From Alistipes sp. (GTDB lineage Bacteria; Bacteroidota; Bacteroidia; Bacteroidales; Rikenellaceae): DNA of 64,000 bases. The position numbers and the translations under genes were made by a program. Within the stretch, counting starts at the first letter, position 1; the number at the start of each line of letters is the position of its first letter. The DNA is taken from contig JAZOPR010000014.1 in assembly GCA_045655685.1 (NCBI GenBank), forward strand, positions 75,471-139,470, read 5' to 3'. A model generated the notes under the pieces. It made no database searches and was not told where the DNA came from. It saw only the letters and a program-made list of their open reading frames with translations. This document shows, one piece after another, positions 22,822-30,736 of this stretch.

Positions 22822-23847
22822 ATGTTTAGATTTGCAAATCCACATATCTTATACCTTCTGCTGATAGTGCCCGTGGCGGTGGTGCTGTTCATCTTTGCGC
22901 AGGTGCGTCGCCGTCGTCGCTTGGAGCGTTTCGCCTCGTCGTCGCTGCTAGCTCAGCTCACCCCGAGTGCCTCGCCCGCGCGCGTGCGTACCAAATTTAT
23001 ACTCTACTCGCTGGCAGTTGTTTTCCTTGTGCTTGCGGCGGCACGTCCGCAGGTCGGATCGAAACTCCGCGAGGAGCACCAGAAGGGTATCGAAATGATG
23101 TTGGTGGTCGATGTGTCGAACTCGATGCTGGCCGAAGATTTCGAGCCTAACCGCCTGGATCGCACCAAGTTCGCTATCGACCGCGTGGTCGAGAGTATGA
23201 AGCAGGACCGCATTGGCGTGGTGGCTTTTGCGGGCGAGGCGCAGGTGCAGTTGCCCATCACCTCGGACTACCGTATGGCGCGTGCCTTTGCGCGCAAGCT
23301 CTCGCCGCAGATAGTGCGTACGCAGGGTACCGACCTCGGTGCGGCAATCAAGCTGGCGTCGATGTCGTTCTCGTCGCAGAGCGAGGGCAGCCGCGTGATG
23401 ATCCTCATCACCGATGGCGAAAACCACGAATCGGACGCCTTGGAGGCGGCTCAGGCTGCGGCCGAGAAGGGCATTGCCATCTACACGATCGGCATCGGAA
23501 CGCCCGAGGGTGCGCCCATTATGATCGGTGGCGACTACCTGACCGACGAAAATGGCGATATGGTCGTGTCGAAGCTCGACGAGAAGACGTTGCAGGAGAT
23601 CGCCTCGGCAACGGGCGGAGCCTATGTTCGCGCCACCAAGCAGTCGATCGGTTTGAAGGAGATCGTCGATCGACTCAAAGAGCTGGACGAGAGCGACTTG
23701 GCAACCACACGCTTCGAGGCTTTCGACGAGCAGTATCAATATCCGCTGGTGGTGGCTTTGTTGTTGCTCCTTGTCGAGTGGTTGATTCTCGATCGTCGCA
23801 ATCCGTTGCTGGCGCGTTTCAACATCTTCGGGCAGAAACAGGAGTAG
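22822..23847 (+). CDS. batB: VWA-domain aerotolerance protein BatB-like
   Basis: 341 aa with N-terminal TM helices, the MIDAS motif DVSNSM, MILITDGENH, and a C-terminal TM helix. Confidence 0.8.
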   Translation: MFRFANPHILYLLLIVPVAVVLFIFAQVRRRRRLERFASSSLLAQLTPSASPARVRTKFILYSLAVVFLVLAAARPQVGSKLREEHQKGIEMMLVVDVSNSMLAEDFEPNRLDRTKFAIDRVVESMKQDRIGVVAFAGEAQVQLPITSDYRMARAFARKLSPQIVRTQGTDLGAAIKLASMSFSSQSEGSRVMILITDGENHESDALEAAQAAAEKGIAIYTIGIGTPEGAPIMIGGDYLTDENGDMVVSKLDEKTLQEIASATGGAYVRATKQSIGLKEIVDRLKELDESDLATTRFEAFDEQYQYPLVVALLLLLVEWLILDRRNPLLARFNIFGQKQE

Positions 23848-23885
23848 CAAGATCATCGTAACGTGCCGTAACTCGCTCATTAGCA

Positions 23886-24347
23886 GTGGAATCATTTGTT
23901 CAATTTTTCGTAGATTGGGGCTACGTGGGCCTTTTCGTGTCGGCCTTCGTGGCGGGCAGCATCGTGCCTTTCAGTTCGGAGGCGGTGATGGTGGTGCTCA
24001 TCGAAATGGGACTCGACGAGTGGGGCTGCCTGGCCGCCGCAACGGCCGGAAATACCCTCGGCGGTATGACCTGCTATTGGATTGGACGGGCGGGCAAACG
24101 CGAGTGGATCACCCGCTATCTGCGTGTGGGTGAGGAGAAATTGGCGCGTGCCGAACGCTTTCTGGCGGGTCGTGGCGCGATGATGGGATTCTTTGCGTTC
24201 CTGCCCTACGTGGGCGAGGCGATCGCGGTGGTCTTGGGACTGATGCGCAGCAATATGTTGCTGACTTTCACGTCGATGACTCTCGGCAAAGCTCTCCGCT
24301 ACGCCGCAATCTTAGGTCTGTTCGAAGGCATCGTGGCGCTGTTCTGA
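23886..24347 (+). CDS. YqaA/DedA-related small membrane protein (GTG start)
   Basis: 153 aa with four hydrophobic segments. The N-terminus WGYVGLFVSAFVAGSIVPFSSEAV is typical of the YqaA family. Confidence 0.6.
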   Translation: MESFVQFFVDWGYVGLFVSAFVAGSIVPFSSEAVMVVLIEMGLDEWGCLAAATAGNTLGGMTCYWIGRAGKREWITRYLRVGEEKLARAERFLAGRGAMMGFFAFLPYVGEAIAVVLGLMRSNMLLTFTSMTLGKALRYAAILGLFEGIVALF

Positions 24348-24406
24348 TTCACAATTTACCCCGACTCCGGGTGAGATTATGCCTTTCGATTAGTATCAAC
24401 TTTATC

Positions 24407-24472
24407 CAAGTTCGGCGGCTGGGGGGTCGGCCTTCGGCCGAGCCGCCGAACTTGACGATTTCTCCGAAATCG
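24407..24472 (+). repeat. Nested GC-hairpin element, CAAGTTCGG class, plus mini-hairpin CGATTTCTCCGAAATCG
   Basis: Arms CAAGTTCGGCGGCT and AGCCGCCGAACTTG are perfect. G-run GGGGGG. Inner hairpin TCGGCC-TTCG-GCCGA. Confidence 0.85.
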
Positions 24473-24633
24473 CCCGCCATCTGAACGGTTTTGCCTTTTC
24501 TGTCGCTTAAATCACGCAATTAAGATTTCGGCTTATATTGAATCCTTAATTTCGAATTTCACGCCCGTTTTCTGCCAACGAAAATTGTTGATAATTGTCG
24601 GCTCGGATTTGCAAAAAGAGAACTTTTTATGCG

Positions 24634-24641
24634 TACCTTTG
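24634..24641 (+). promoter_or_regulatory. -7 promoter box TACCTTTG only 8 nt upstream of the helicase ATG (leaderless-type arrangement)
   Basis: Exact TAnnTTTG match. The ATG is at 24649. Confidence 0.45.
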
Positions 24642-24648
24642 TGGTGTT

Positions 24649-27144
24649 ATGGAATCGAAGATACTCGCAGGATTGAATCCTGCCCAGAGGGCGGCTGTGG
24701 TCAACTACACCTCGCCCTCGCTCATCATAGCGGGTGCAGGCTCGGGCAAAACGCGCGTGCTGACATCGCGCATCGCATATATGATCGAACAGGGTGTGGC
24801 ACCCCATTCGATCCTCGCCCTCACGTTCACCAACAAAGCCGCCGCCGAGATGCGCGAACGTATCGAGCAGATGGTCGAGGGCGGCAAGAGTCGCTACATA
24901 CGTATGGGTACGTTCCACTCGGTTTTCTCGCGCATTTTGCACAACGAGGCCGAGCGAATCGGCTTTCCGCAGACCTTCACGATCTACGAGCCGTCGGATT
25001 GCCGCAACCTCGTGAAGACCATTATCAAGGAGTTGGGGCTGAGCGACGATAACTACAAACCTCAGCAGGTTTGCTCACGTATCTCGCTGGCTAAGAATAA
25101 GTTGATCACACCTGCGGCCTATGCTGCCAATGCGGCTTTTGCGGCTGAGGATCGCCAGCGCAAGCAACCTCAATTTGGCGAGATCTACGATATCTACTGC
25201 CGTCGTTGCAAGCAAAATGGCGCGATGGATTTCGACGATCTGTTGTTGCAGATCAACATCTTGTTCCGCGATTGTCCCGACGTGCTGGCGCGCTATCAGG
25301 AACAGTTCAAGTATATCTTAGTCGATGAGTATCAGGACACTAACTATGCTCAGTACATCATCATTCGCCGTCTGGCGCAGTACAATCCGAACGTCTGCGT
25401 GGTGGGCGACGATGCGCAGAGTATCTACTCATTCCGAGGCGCAAATGTCGAGAACATTTTGAACTTCAAGCGCGACTTCCCGATGGCTCAGGTCTTCAAG
25501 TTGGAGCAGAACTATCGCTCGACGCAAACTATTGTAAATGCGGCAAATAGCGTCATCGAGCGCAACTCGAACCGATTGGATAAAGAGTGTTTTTCGGCGG
25601 GCGATGTGGGCGATAAAATCCGTGTCATCAAGTCCTACACCGACCGCGAGGAGGCCGAACTGATGGCCGACGATCTGCGTCGCACGGTGCTCGACGAGGG
25701 TGACGAGTGGAGCGAGGCGGCGGTCCTGTATCGCACTAATGCTCAGTCACTTGTGGTCGAGGAGGCGATGCGTCGTCGCGGTATCCCCTACCGAATCTAT
25801 AAGGGCAATTCGTTCTACGATCATAAGGAGATCAAGGACCTGTTGGCGTATATTCGTCTGGTTGTCAATCCGTTAGACGACGAGGCTTTCCGCCGCATCG
25901 TGAACTACCCCGCGCGTGGCATTGGCGATGCGACCGTGGCAAAGATCGCGGCGCTGGCCGCTTCGGAGGGCAAAAGTATGTGGGAGGCGGTCGATTCGTT
26001 GCTCGCACAGCCCGAAATAGACCCCGCTAATCGACTGATTGCCAAGAAGGTGAGCGAATTTGTGCAGTTGATCCGCGAGCTGTCGCTGGCACGCACCGAG
26101 AAGAGCCTCTACGAGCTGGGTTTGGAGATTGCGACCCGTTCGGGCATCATCGGCGTGTTCCGTATGTCGCCGTCGCCCGAATCGACCAGCGCGCTGGACA
26201 ACATCGAGGAGCTGTTGAATACGATGCAACTATTTAAGGAACAGCGCGATGCGCAACTTCGCAACGGCGAATTGGACGAGGGCGAAGGCGAGGCCACAAT
26301 CGACGAATGGTTGCAGAACATAATGCTGCTGACTGATATGGATAAGGACGATCCCGACGACCGAAACAAGGTGACGCTGATGACCGTTCACGCGGCTAAG
26401 GGATTGGAATTCAAGTATGTATATATCGTCGGAATGGAGGACGACCTCTTCCCGTCGCAACGTGCCGTCGAGTCGATGGAGGGTATCGAGGAGGAGCGTC
26501 GATTGTTCTACGTGGCACTGACGCGCGCCAAGCGCAAGGCGGTGCTGTCGTTCTCCGAAACGCGCTTCAAGTGGGGCTCGATGGAGTTCTGTCGCCCGAG
26601 CCGTTTCCTGGGCGAAATCGACCGCCGATACCTTGATGTGGCGTTCGATCTGGAAGAGGAACGTCAGGTCGATCGTAGCGAGCAACCCTCTGCTATTGAG
26701 CAACTTCGACAGCGTTTCGACTACCGTTACAAGAACGGCGCACAGCCTTCGTCGGGTCAGCAGGGTGGCTACGAGCGTCGTGGCGAGCGACCCAATTTTG
26801 GCGGTCAGCGGGGAGCGTACGAGCGTCGTTCGGATCGTGGCGAGCGAGCAAATTATGGTGGCGAACAGCGTCCGCGACCCTCGATGGTTGTCGAGCCCGC
26901 ACGCCCCTCGAATCTGCGCCGAATTTCGGGTTCGGGTGCGGTGGCCGGAGCCCCTGCGGGTGGCGGTAGCGCGACGAACATCTGTGCCGGAATGCGTGTC
27001 GAGCACGCCAAATTTGGTACGGGTGTGGTGCTCGGTGTCGAGCCCGCATCGCAGGATATGATAATCTCGGTGCGCTTCGACGACCCGCAGATCGGCAAGA
27101 AGAGTCTGTTGGCTAAGTTCGCCAAACTCAAAGTGTTAGCATAA
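24649..27144 (+). CDS. UvrD/PcrA/Rep-family ATP-dependent DNA helicase with a low-complexity linker and a C-terminal Tudor-like domain
   Basis: Starts MESKILAGLNPAQRAAV. Contains Walker A AGAGSGKTRVLT, DEYQDTN, VVGDDAQSIYSFRGA, QNYRST and TVHAAKGLEF. The C-terminal segment is GMRVEHAKFGTGVVLGVE. Confidence 0.9.
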   Translation: MESKILAGLNPAQRAAVVNYTSPSLIIAGAGSGKTRVLTSRIAYMIEQGVAPHSILALTFTNKAAAEMRERIEQMVEGGKSRYIRMGTFHSVFSRILHNEAERIGFPQTFTIYEPSDCRNLVKTIIKELGLSDDNYKPQQVCSRISLAKNKLITPAAYAANAAFAAEDRQRKQPQFGEIYDIYCRRCKQNGAMDFDDLLLQINILFRDCPDVLARYQEQFKYILVDEYQDTNYAQYIIIRRLAQYNPNVCVVGDDAQSIYSFRGANVENILNFKRDFPMAQVFKLEQNYRSTQTIVNAANSVIERNSNRLDKECFSAGDVGDKIRVIKSYTDREEAELMADDLRRTVLDEGDEWSEAAVLYRTNAQSLVVEEAMRRRGIPYRIYKGNSFYDHKEIKDLLAYIRLVVNPLDDEAFRRIVNYPARGIGDATVAKIAALAASEGKSMWEAVDSLLAQPEIDPANRLIAKKVSEFVQLIRELSLARTEKSLYELGLEIATRSGIIGVFRMSPSPESTSALDNIEELLNTMQLFKEQRDAQLRNGELDEGEGEATIDEWLQNIMLLTDMDKDDPDDRNKVTLMTVHAAKGLEFKYVYIVGMEDDLFPSQRAVESMEGIEEERRLFYVALTRAKRKAVLSFSETRFKWGSMEFCRPSRFLGEIDRRYLDVAFDLEEERQVDRSEQPSAIEQLRQRFDYRYKNGAQPSSGQQGGYERRGERPNFGGQRGAYERRSDRGERANYGGEQRPRPSMVVEPARPSNLRRISGSGAVAGAPAGGGSATNICAGMRVEHAKFGTGVVLGVEPASQDMIISVRFDDPQIGKKSLLAKFAKLKVLA

Positions 27145-27163
27145 CTCAAAACCTCATAAAACG

Positions 27164-27802
27164 ATGACACTCAAAGAGCGATACGTAGGTGTTCTCGGGT
27201 GGTTTGCCGAAAATATGCCCGAGGTCGAAACCGAGCTCCACTACGAGAATCCCTACCAGCTGTTGGTGGCGGTGATTCTCTCGGCGCAGTGCACCGACAA
27301 GCGTGTCAATCTGACCACGCCCGCGCTGTTCGATCGTTTTCCGACTCCGCAGGCGATGGCTGAGGCGACGGCCGAGGAGATCTACACCTACATTCGCAGC
27401 ATCTCGTACCCCAACAACAAGGCCAAAAATCTTGCGGCAATGGCTCGTATGCTGGCGGGCGAATTTGGGGGTGTGGTGCCCGACGATATTGACCAGCTGC
27501 AACGTCTGCCGGGTGTGGGTCGCAAGACCGCAAATGTCGTTGGTGCAGTCATTTACAACAAATTTGTGATGCCGGTCGATACCCACGTTTTTCGTGTTGC
27601 GGCGCGTATTGGACTCTCGTGGCGCGCCCGTACACCGCTCCAAACCGAGCAACAATTGACCGCCCATATCCCCGCCGAACTGCTACCGAAGGCGCACCAT
27701 TGGCTGATTCTGCACGGTCGCTACGTCTGCACGGCGCGCAAGCCGAAGTGTGCCGAGTGCGGTCTGCGGAAGTGGTGCCGTTCGGTCGATCGTTGCGAGT
27801 AG
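27164..27802 (+). CDS. nth: Endonuclease III (DNA-(apurinic/apyrimidinic site) lyase)
   Basis: 212 aa with the HhH motif LQRLPGVGRKTANVV, the catalytic D in VDTHVFRV, and a Cx6Cx2Cx5C 4Fe-4S cluster (CTARKPKCAECGLRKWC). Confidence 0.9.
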   Translation: MTLKERYVGVLGWFAENMPEVETELHYENPYQLLVAVILSAQCTDKRVNLTTPALFDRFPTPQAMAEATAEEIYTYIRSISYPNNKAKNLAAMARMLAGEFGGVVPDDIDQLQRLPGVGRKTANVVGAVIYNKFVMPVDTHVFRVAARIGLSWRARTPLQTEQQLTAHIPAELLPKAHHWLILHGRYVCTARKPKCAECGLRKWCRSVDRCE

Positions 27803-27866
27803 AATTGGCGAGCGGGGGGGCAGCCCTACACGACCCGAAACGAGGTCGCTAAAAATCAAATTAAAT

Positions 27867-27883
27867 ATTGTAATCGTTACAAT
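27867..27883. promoter_or_regulatory. Perfect palindrome ATTGTAA-TCG-TTACAAT with a third half-site ATTGTAAT at 27889-27896 (candidate operator)
   Basis: Read directly from the intergenic region between nth and the flippase gene. Confidence 0.3.
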
Positions 27884-27974
27884 TTCCTATTGTAATTTTC
27901 GGGAGGTTGTGACGCCTCGTGCGCGCGCTCGAAGGCAAGTTCCGGGGCGTAAGTTTTGGAAGAGCCAATTATTT

Positions 27975-27995
27975 TTATAACTTTGTAAGTTATAA
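27975..27995 (+). promoter_or_regulatory. -7 box TAACTTTG (27978-27985) embedded in the perfect 9-3-9 palindrome TTATAACTT-TGT-AAGTTATAA
   Basis: Exact TAnnTTTG match, 22 nt upstream of the ATG at 28007. The palindrome was verified base by base. Confidence 0.45.
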
Positions 27996-28006
27996 ATAGC
28001 AAAACT

Positions 28007-29476
28007 ATGCTCGAAAAACTTGCCAAACAAACCGCCATCTACGGCATCAGCACCATCATCGGTCGCTTCCTGAGCTACCTGCTGACGCCCTATTACACCC
28101 GCGTCTTCGGGCAGGCGGAGTATGGCATAATCACTGATATATACGCACTTATACCCTTTGCGCTGGTCGTGCTGACGATGGGTATGGAGTCGGGTTACTT
28201 CCGTTTTGCGGCGAAGGCCGATGCGGCAGGAGGCGACGTGCGTGCCGCCAAAAAACGCTTATTCTCAACCGTTTGGGGCATTACGTCGCTGGCGGCGGTC
28301 GCATTCTTCGCAGCGGTGGCGGCACTGCGCGAACCCATCGCGAGGGCAATGGGCGAGGCATACGTCGCACACCCCGAATATGTGGTTCTGGTGGGTGCGA
28401 TTGTGATGTTCGACGTGGCGAGCTGTATCCCCTTCTCGCGCCTCCGAGAGCAGGGTCGCGCGGGTCGTTTCGTGACGCTCAAAATGGTTAACATCGTGTT
28501 ACAGACGGGTTTAGCATTTGCATTTGGTGCGATGGGACTGTTTGCTACGGAGTTCGGTGTGGGTTGGGCTTTTGTGGCCAATTTGGCGGCGAGTGTGATC
28601 ACTTTCGCCTCGATACTGCCCACCACTGAGCGCACCGTGCCGAAGGTCGATTGGCTGCTGCTGGCGACCGTGTTCAGCTACTCGCTGCCGCTGCTGGTGA
28701 GTGGCGTGGCGGGCACGGCAAACGAATTTATCGACCGCCAGATGATCAAGTACCTCGTGCCCGAAAACGCTATGGCTCAGCTCGGTATCTATGGCGCAAT
28801 CACCAAAATTGCGGTGGTGATGATGCTCTTCACGCAGATGTATCGCCTGGCGGCCGAGCCATTTTTCCTGGCCAATTATCGCAAGGACGACTTCAAGTCG
28901 ATGAACGCCGCCGCGCTGAAATACTATATGATCGCGTCGATGTTGATCTTCCTCGGCATCGCACTTTTCAAGGACCTTTTCGCGTTGATCGTGGGGCGCG
29001 ACTTCCGTCAGGGAATCTTCATCCTGCCAGTGGTGCTCGGCGCCAACGTGCTCAGCGGTGTGTGGCTCAACCTCTCGTTCTGGTACAAACGCGAGGAGCG
29101 CACGTGGTTGGCTATCGCGGTGACGTTTGTGGGCCTGATTTTCACGGTGTTATGCAACGTGGCGCTGGTGCCCAAGTATGGCTACTACGGTGCGGCGTGG
29201 GCACGTCTGGCGAGCGAGGCGGCGATGGTTGCGGTGAGCTATTGGCTCAATCGCAGGTACTATCCCACGCCCTACCCGATGGCACGAATCGTGGAGTATG
29301 TAGCTGTGGCTCTGGCAGTTTATGCGCTGAGTGTGGCGGGTGAGCGAACGATCGGTGCGGTGGGTGCGCAGTATGCCCTCAATGCACTGCTGGTCGGCTC
29401 GTATGCGCTCTACGTGGTGCGCCGCGAGAAGATTGATGTGGCGGCAATGGTGCGCTCGATTTTACGACGTGGTTAG
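28007..29476 (+). CDS. MOP-superfamily polysaccharide/oligosaccharide flippase (Wzx/MurJ-like)
   Basis: 489 aa with about 12-14 hydrophobic helices. The N-terminus AIYGISTIIGRFLSYLLTPYYTRVF is typical of polysaccharide biosynthesis proteins. Confidence 0.7.
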   Translation: MLEKLAKQTAIYGISTIIGRFLSYLLTPYYTRVFGQAEYGIITDIYALIPFALVVLTMGMESGYFRFAAKADAAGGDVRAAKKRLFSTVWGITSLAAVAFFAAVAALREPIARAMGEAYVAHPEYVVLVGAIVMFDVASCIPFSRLREQGRAGRFVTLKMVNIVLQTGLAFAFGAMGLFATEFGVGWAFVANLAASVITFASILPTTERTVPKVDWLLLATVFSYSLPLLVSGVAGTANEFIDRQMIKYLVPENAMAQLGIYGAITKIAVVMMLFTQMYRLAAEPFFLANYRKDDFKSMNAAALKYYMIASMLIFLGIALFKDLFALIVGRDFRQGIFILPVVLGANVLSGVWLNLSFWYKREERTWLAIAVTFVGLIFTVLCNVALVPKYGYYGAAWARLASEAAMVAVSYWLNRRYYPTPYPMARIVEYVAVALAVYALSVAGERTIGAVGAQYALNALLVGSYALYVVRREKIDVAAMVRSILRRG

Positions 29477-29493
29477 AAAAATTTTTTGGAACT

Positions 29494-29673
29494 ATGACGA
29501 CAAAAGCGAAGATAAAACTTGCAGTCTATGCACTGAGCCTCGTGCTCTTCACCCTGGGCGTTGCGGCGCTGCGCTGGGAGGGTCGCGAGCGCACCGTAGG
29601 TCTTGCGGTGAGCTTTGCGGGATTGATCGCCGTGGCTGTGATTCAAACGATACGAAACAAGAAAAAACAATAG
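29494..29673 (+). CDS. Small two-helix membrane protein (59 aa, below the ORF-track cutoff)
   Basis: Hand translation gives [59 protein letters not shown]. It fills the gap between the flippase gene and dut, with host-like GC. Confidence 0.45.
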   Translation: MTTKAKIKLAVYALSLVLFTLGVAALRWEGRERTVGLAVSFAGLIAVAVIQTIRNKKKQ

Positions 29674-29680
29674 ACAGACT

Positions 29681-30118
29681 ATGTTGAAAGTGAAAGTTAT
29701 CAACCGTTCGCGCTTCGATCTGCCGCGCTATGCTACGCCTCTTTCGGCGGGTATGGACGTGCGTGCCAACATCGACGAGGCGGTGGTTTTGCGCCCGTTG
29801 GAGCGCGCAATGATCCCCACGGGACTCTCGATCGAGCTGCCCGAGGGTTACGAAATGCAGATCCGTCCGCGTAGCGGCCTGGCGGCAAAGCACGGCATCA
29901 CGGTGCTCAACTCGCCCGGCACGATCGACGCCGACTATCGTGGCGAGATTCGTGTTATTCTGGTCAATCTGAGCAACGAGGAGTTCCGCATCGAGGCGGG
30001 CGAGCGCATCGCTCAGATGGTCGTGGCACGCCACGAGCAGGTGGAGTGGGAGCTGACCGAGGAGCTTGCGGAGAGCGAGCGAGGCGAGGGTGGCTTTGGC
30101 TCGACAGGAAAGAAGTAA
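29681..30118 (+). CDS. dut: dUTP diphosphatase
   Basis: 145 aa containing [34 protein letters not shown] and a C-terminal GGFGSTG. Confidence 0.95.
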   Translation: MLKVKVINRSRFDLPRYATPLSAGMDVRANIDEAVVLRPLERAMIPTGLSIELPEGYEMQIRPRSGLAAKHGITVLNSPGTIDADYRGEIRVILVNLSNEEFRIEAGERIAQMVVARHEQVEWELTEELAESERGEGGFGSTGKK

Positions 30119-30139
30119 ACGATTGAAAACGACTGAGAT

Positions 30140-30343
30140 ATGAAAGCACGAATCATCATTTTCGCGGGATTGTTCATCGTGATGGCAATCTACTGCTTGA
30201 TGACCCTTATCGACGAATTGCAGGCCGCCGAGTTGCGTTGGTTGTGGATCGTGATCTACGCCGCGATGTTGGGCGTGTGCGTTGCTCGCAGCGTGCAGCT
30301 GACCCGCGACCTGATCCGTCTGATGAAGGAGGAGGAGAAGTAA
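30140..30343 (+). CDS. Small two-helix membrane protein (67 aa)
   Basis: MKARIIIFAGLFIVMAIYCLM...LWIVIYAAMLGVCVA, with a charged C-terminus. It lies 21 nt after dut. Confidence 0.45.
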   Translation: MKARIIIFAGLFIVMAIYCLMTLIDELQAAELRWLWIVIYAAMLGVCVARSVQLTRDLIRLMKEEEK

Positions 30344-30388
30344 ATTCAAGATTCAAGATTAATTGGGTTTTGGATTGAGGATATTAAA

Positions 30389-30462
30389 GGCAGTTTCTGC
30401 GGAAACTGCCCAAGTTCAGCGGCTCGGCCAAAGGCCGCCCCCCGCACCCGCCGAACTTGGAT
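30389..30462 (-). repeat. Nested GC-hairpin element, CAAGTTC class, with mini-hairpin GGCAGTTTCTGCGGAAACTGCC; inverted twin of 63640-63713
   Basis: A 49-nt stretch is identical to the reverse complement of the 63.6-kb copy, followed by 2 mismatches over the next 25 nt. Confidence 0.85.
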
Positions 30463-30484
30463 TGAGTGGATAGCAAACTAAAAA

Positions 30485-30600
30485 GCAAAACCCGCCCATA
30501 TGGTTGTTATTGGGGGGGAGAGTTGCGAGAAGATTTGGGATTTTGCAAACAGATTCCAATCTGCTACAACCGAAAACAGTAAAACCCGCCCATATGGCGG
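30485..30600 (-). repeat. 115-bp element, copy 2, inverted relative to 16401-16515
   Basis: The hand alignment of its reverse complement to 16401-16515 shows near identity. Confidence 0.85.
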
Positions 30601-30617
30601 GTGGCGATACGCACACG

Positions 30618-30664
30618 CACCTTCGGGGGCTGGGGCGGTCGCCGAAGGCGAGCCCCCGAAGGTG
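30618..30664 (+). repeat. Nested GC-hairpin element, CACCTTCG class
   Basis: Arms CACCTTCGGGGGCT and AGCCCCCGAAGGTG are perfect. G-run GGGGCGG. Inner hairpin TCGCC-GAAG-GCGA. Confidence 0.85.
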
Positions 30665-30736
30665 TGTCAAAATCTTTGATTTTGCCAATTTGTTGGGCTG
30701 AGCTTGAAAACATAAAAACAAAAAAACTGACTGAAA

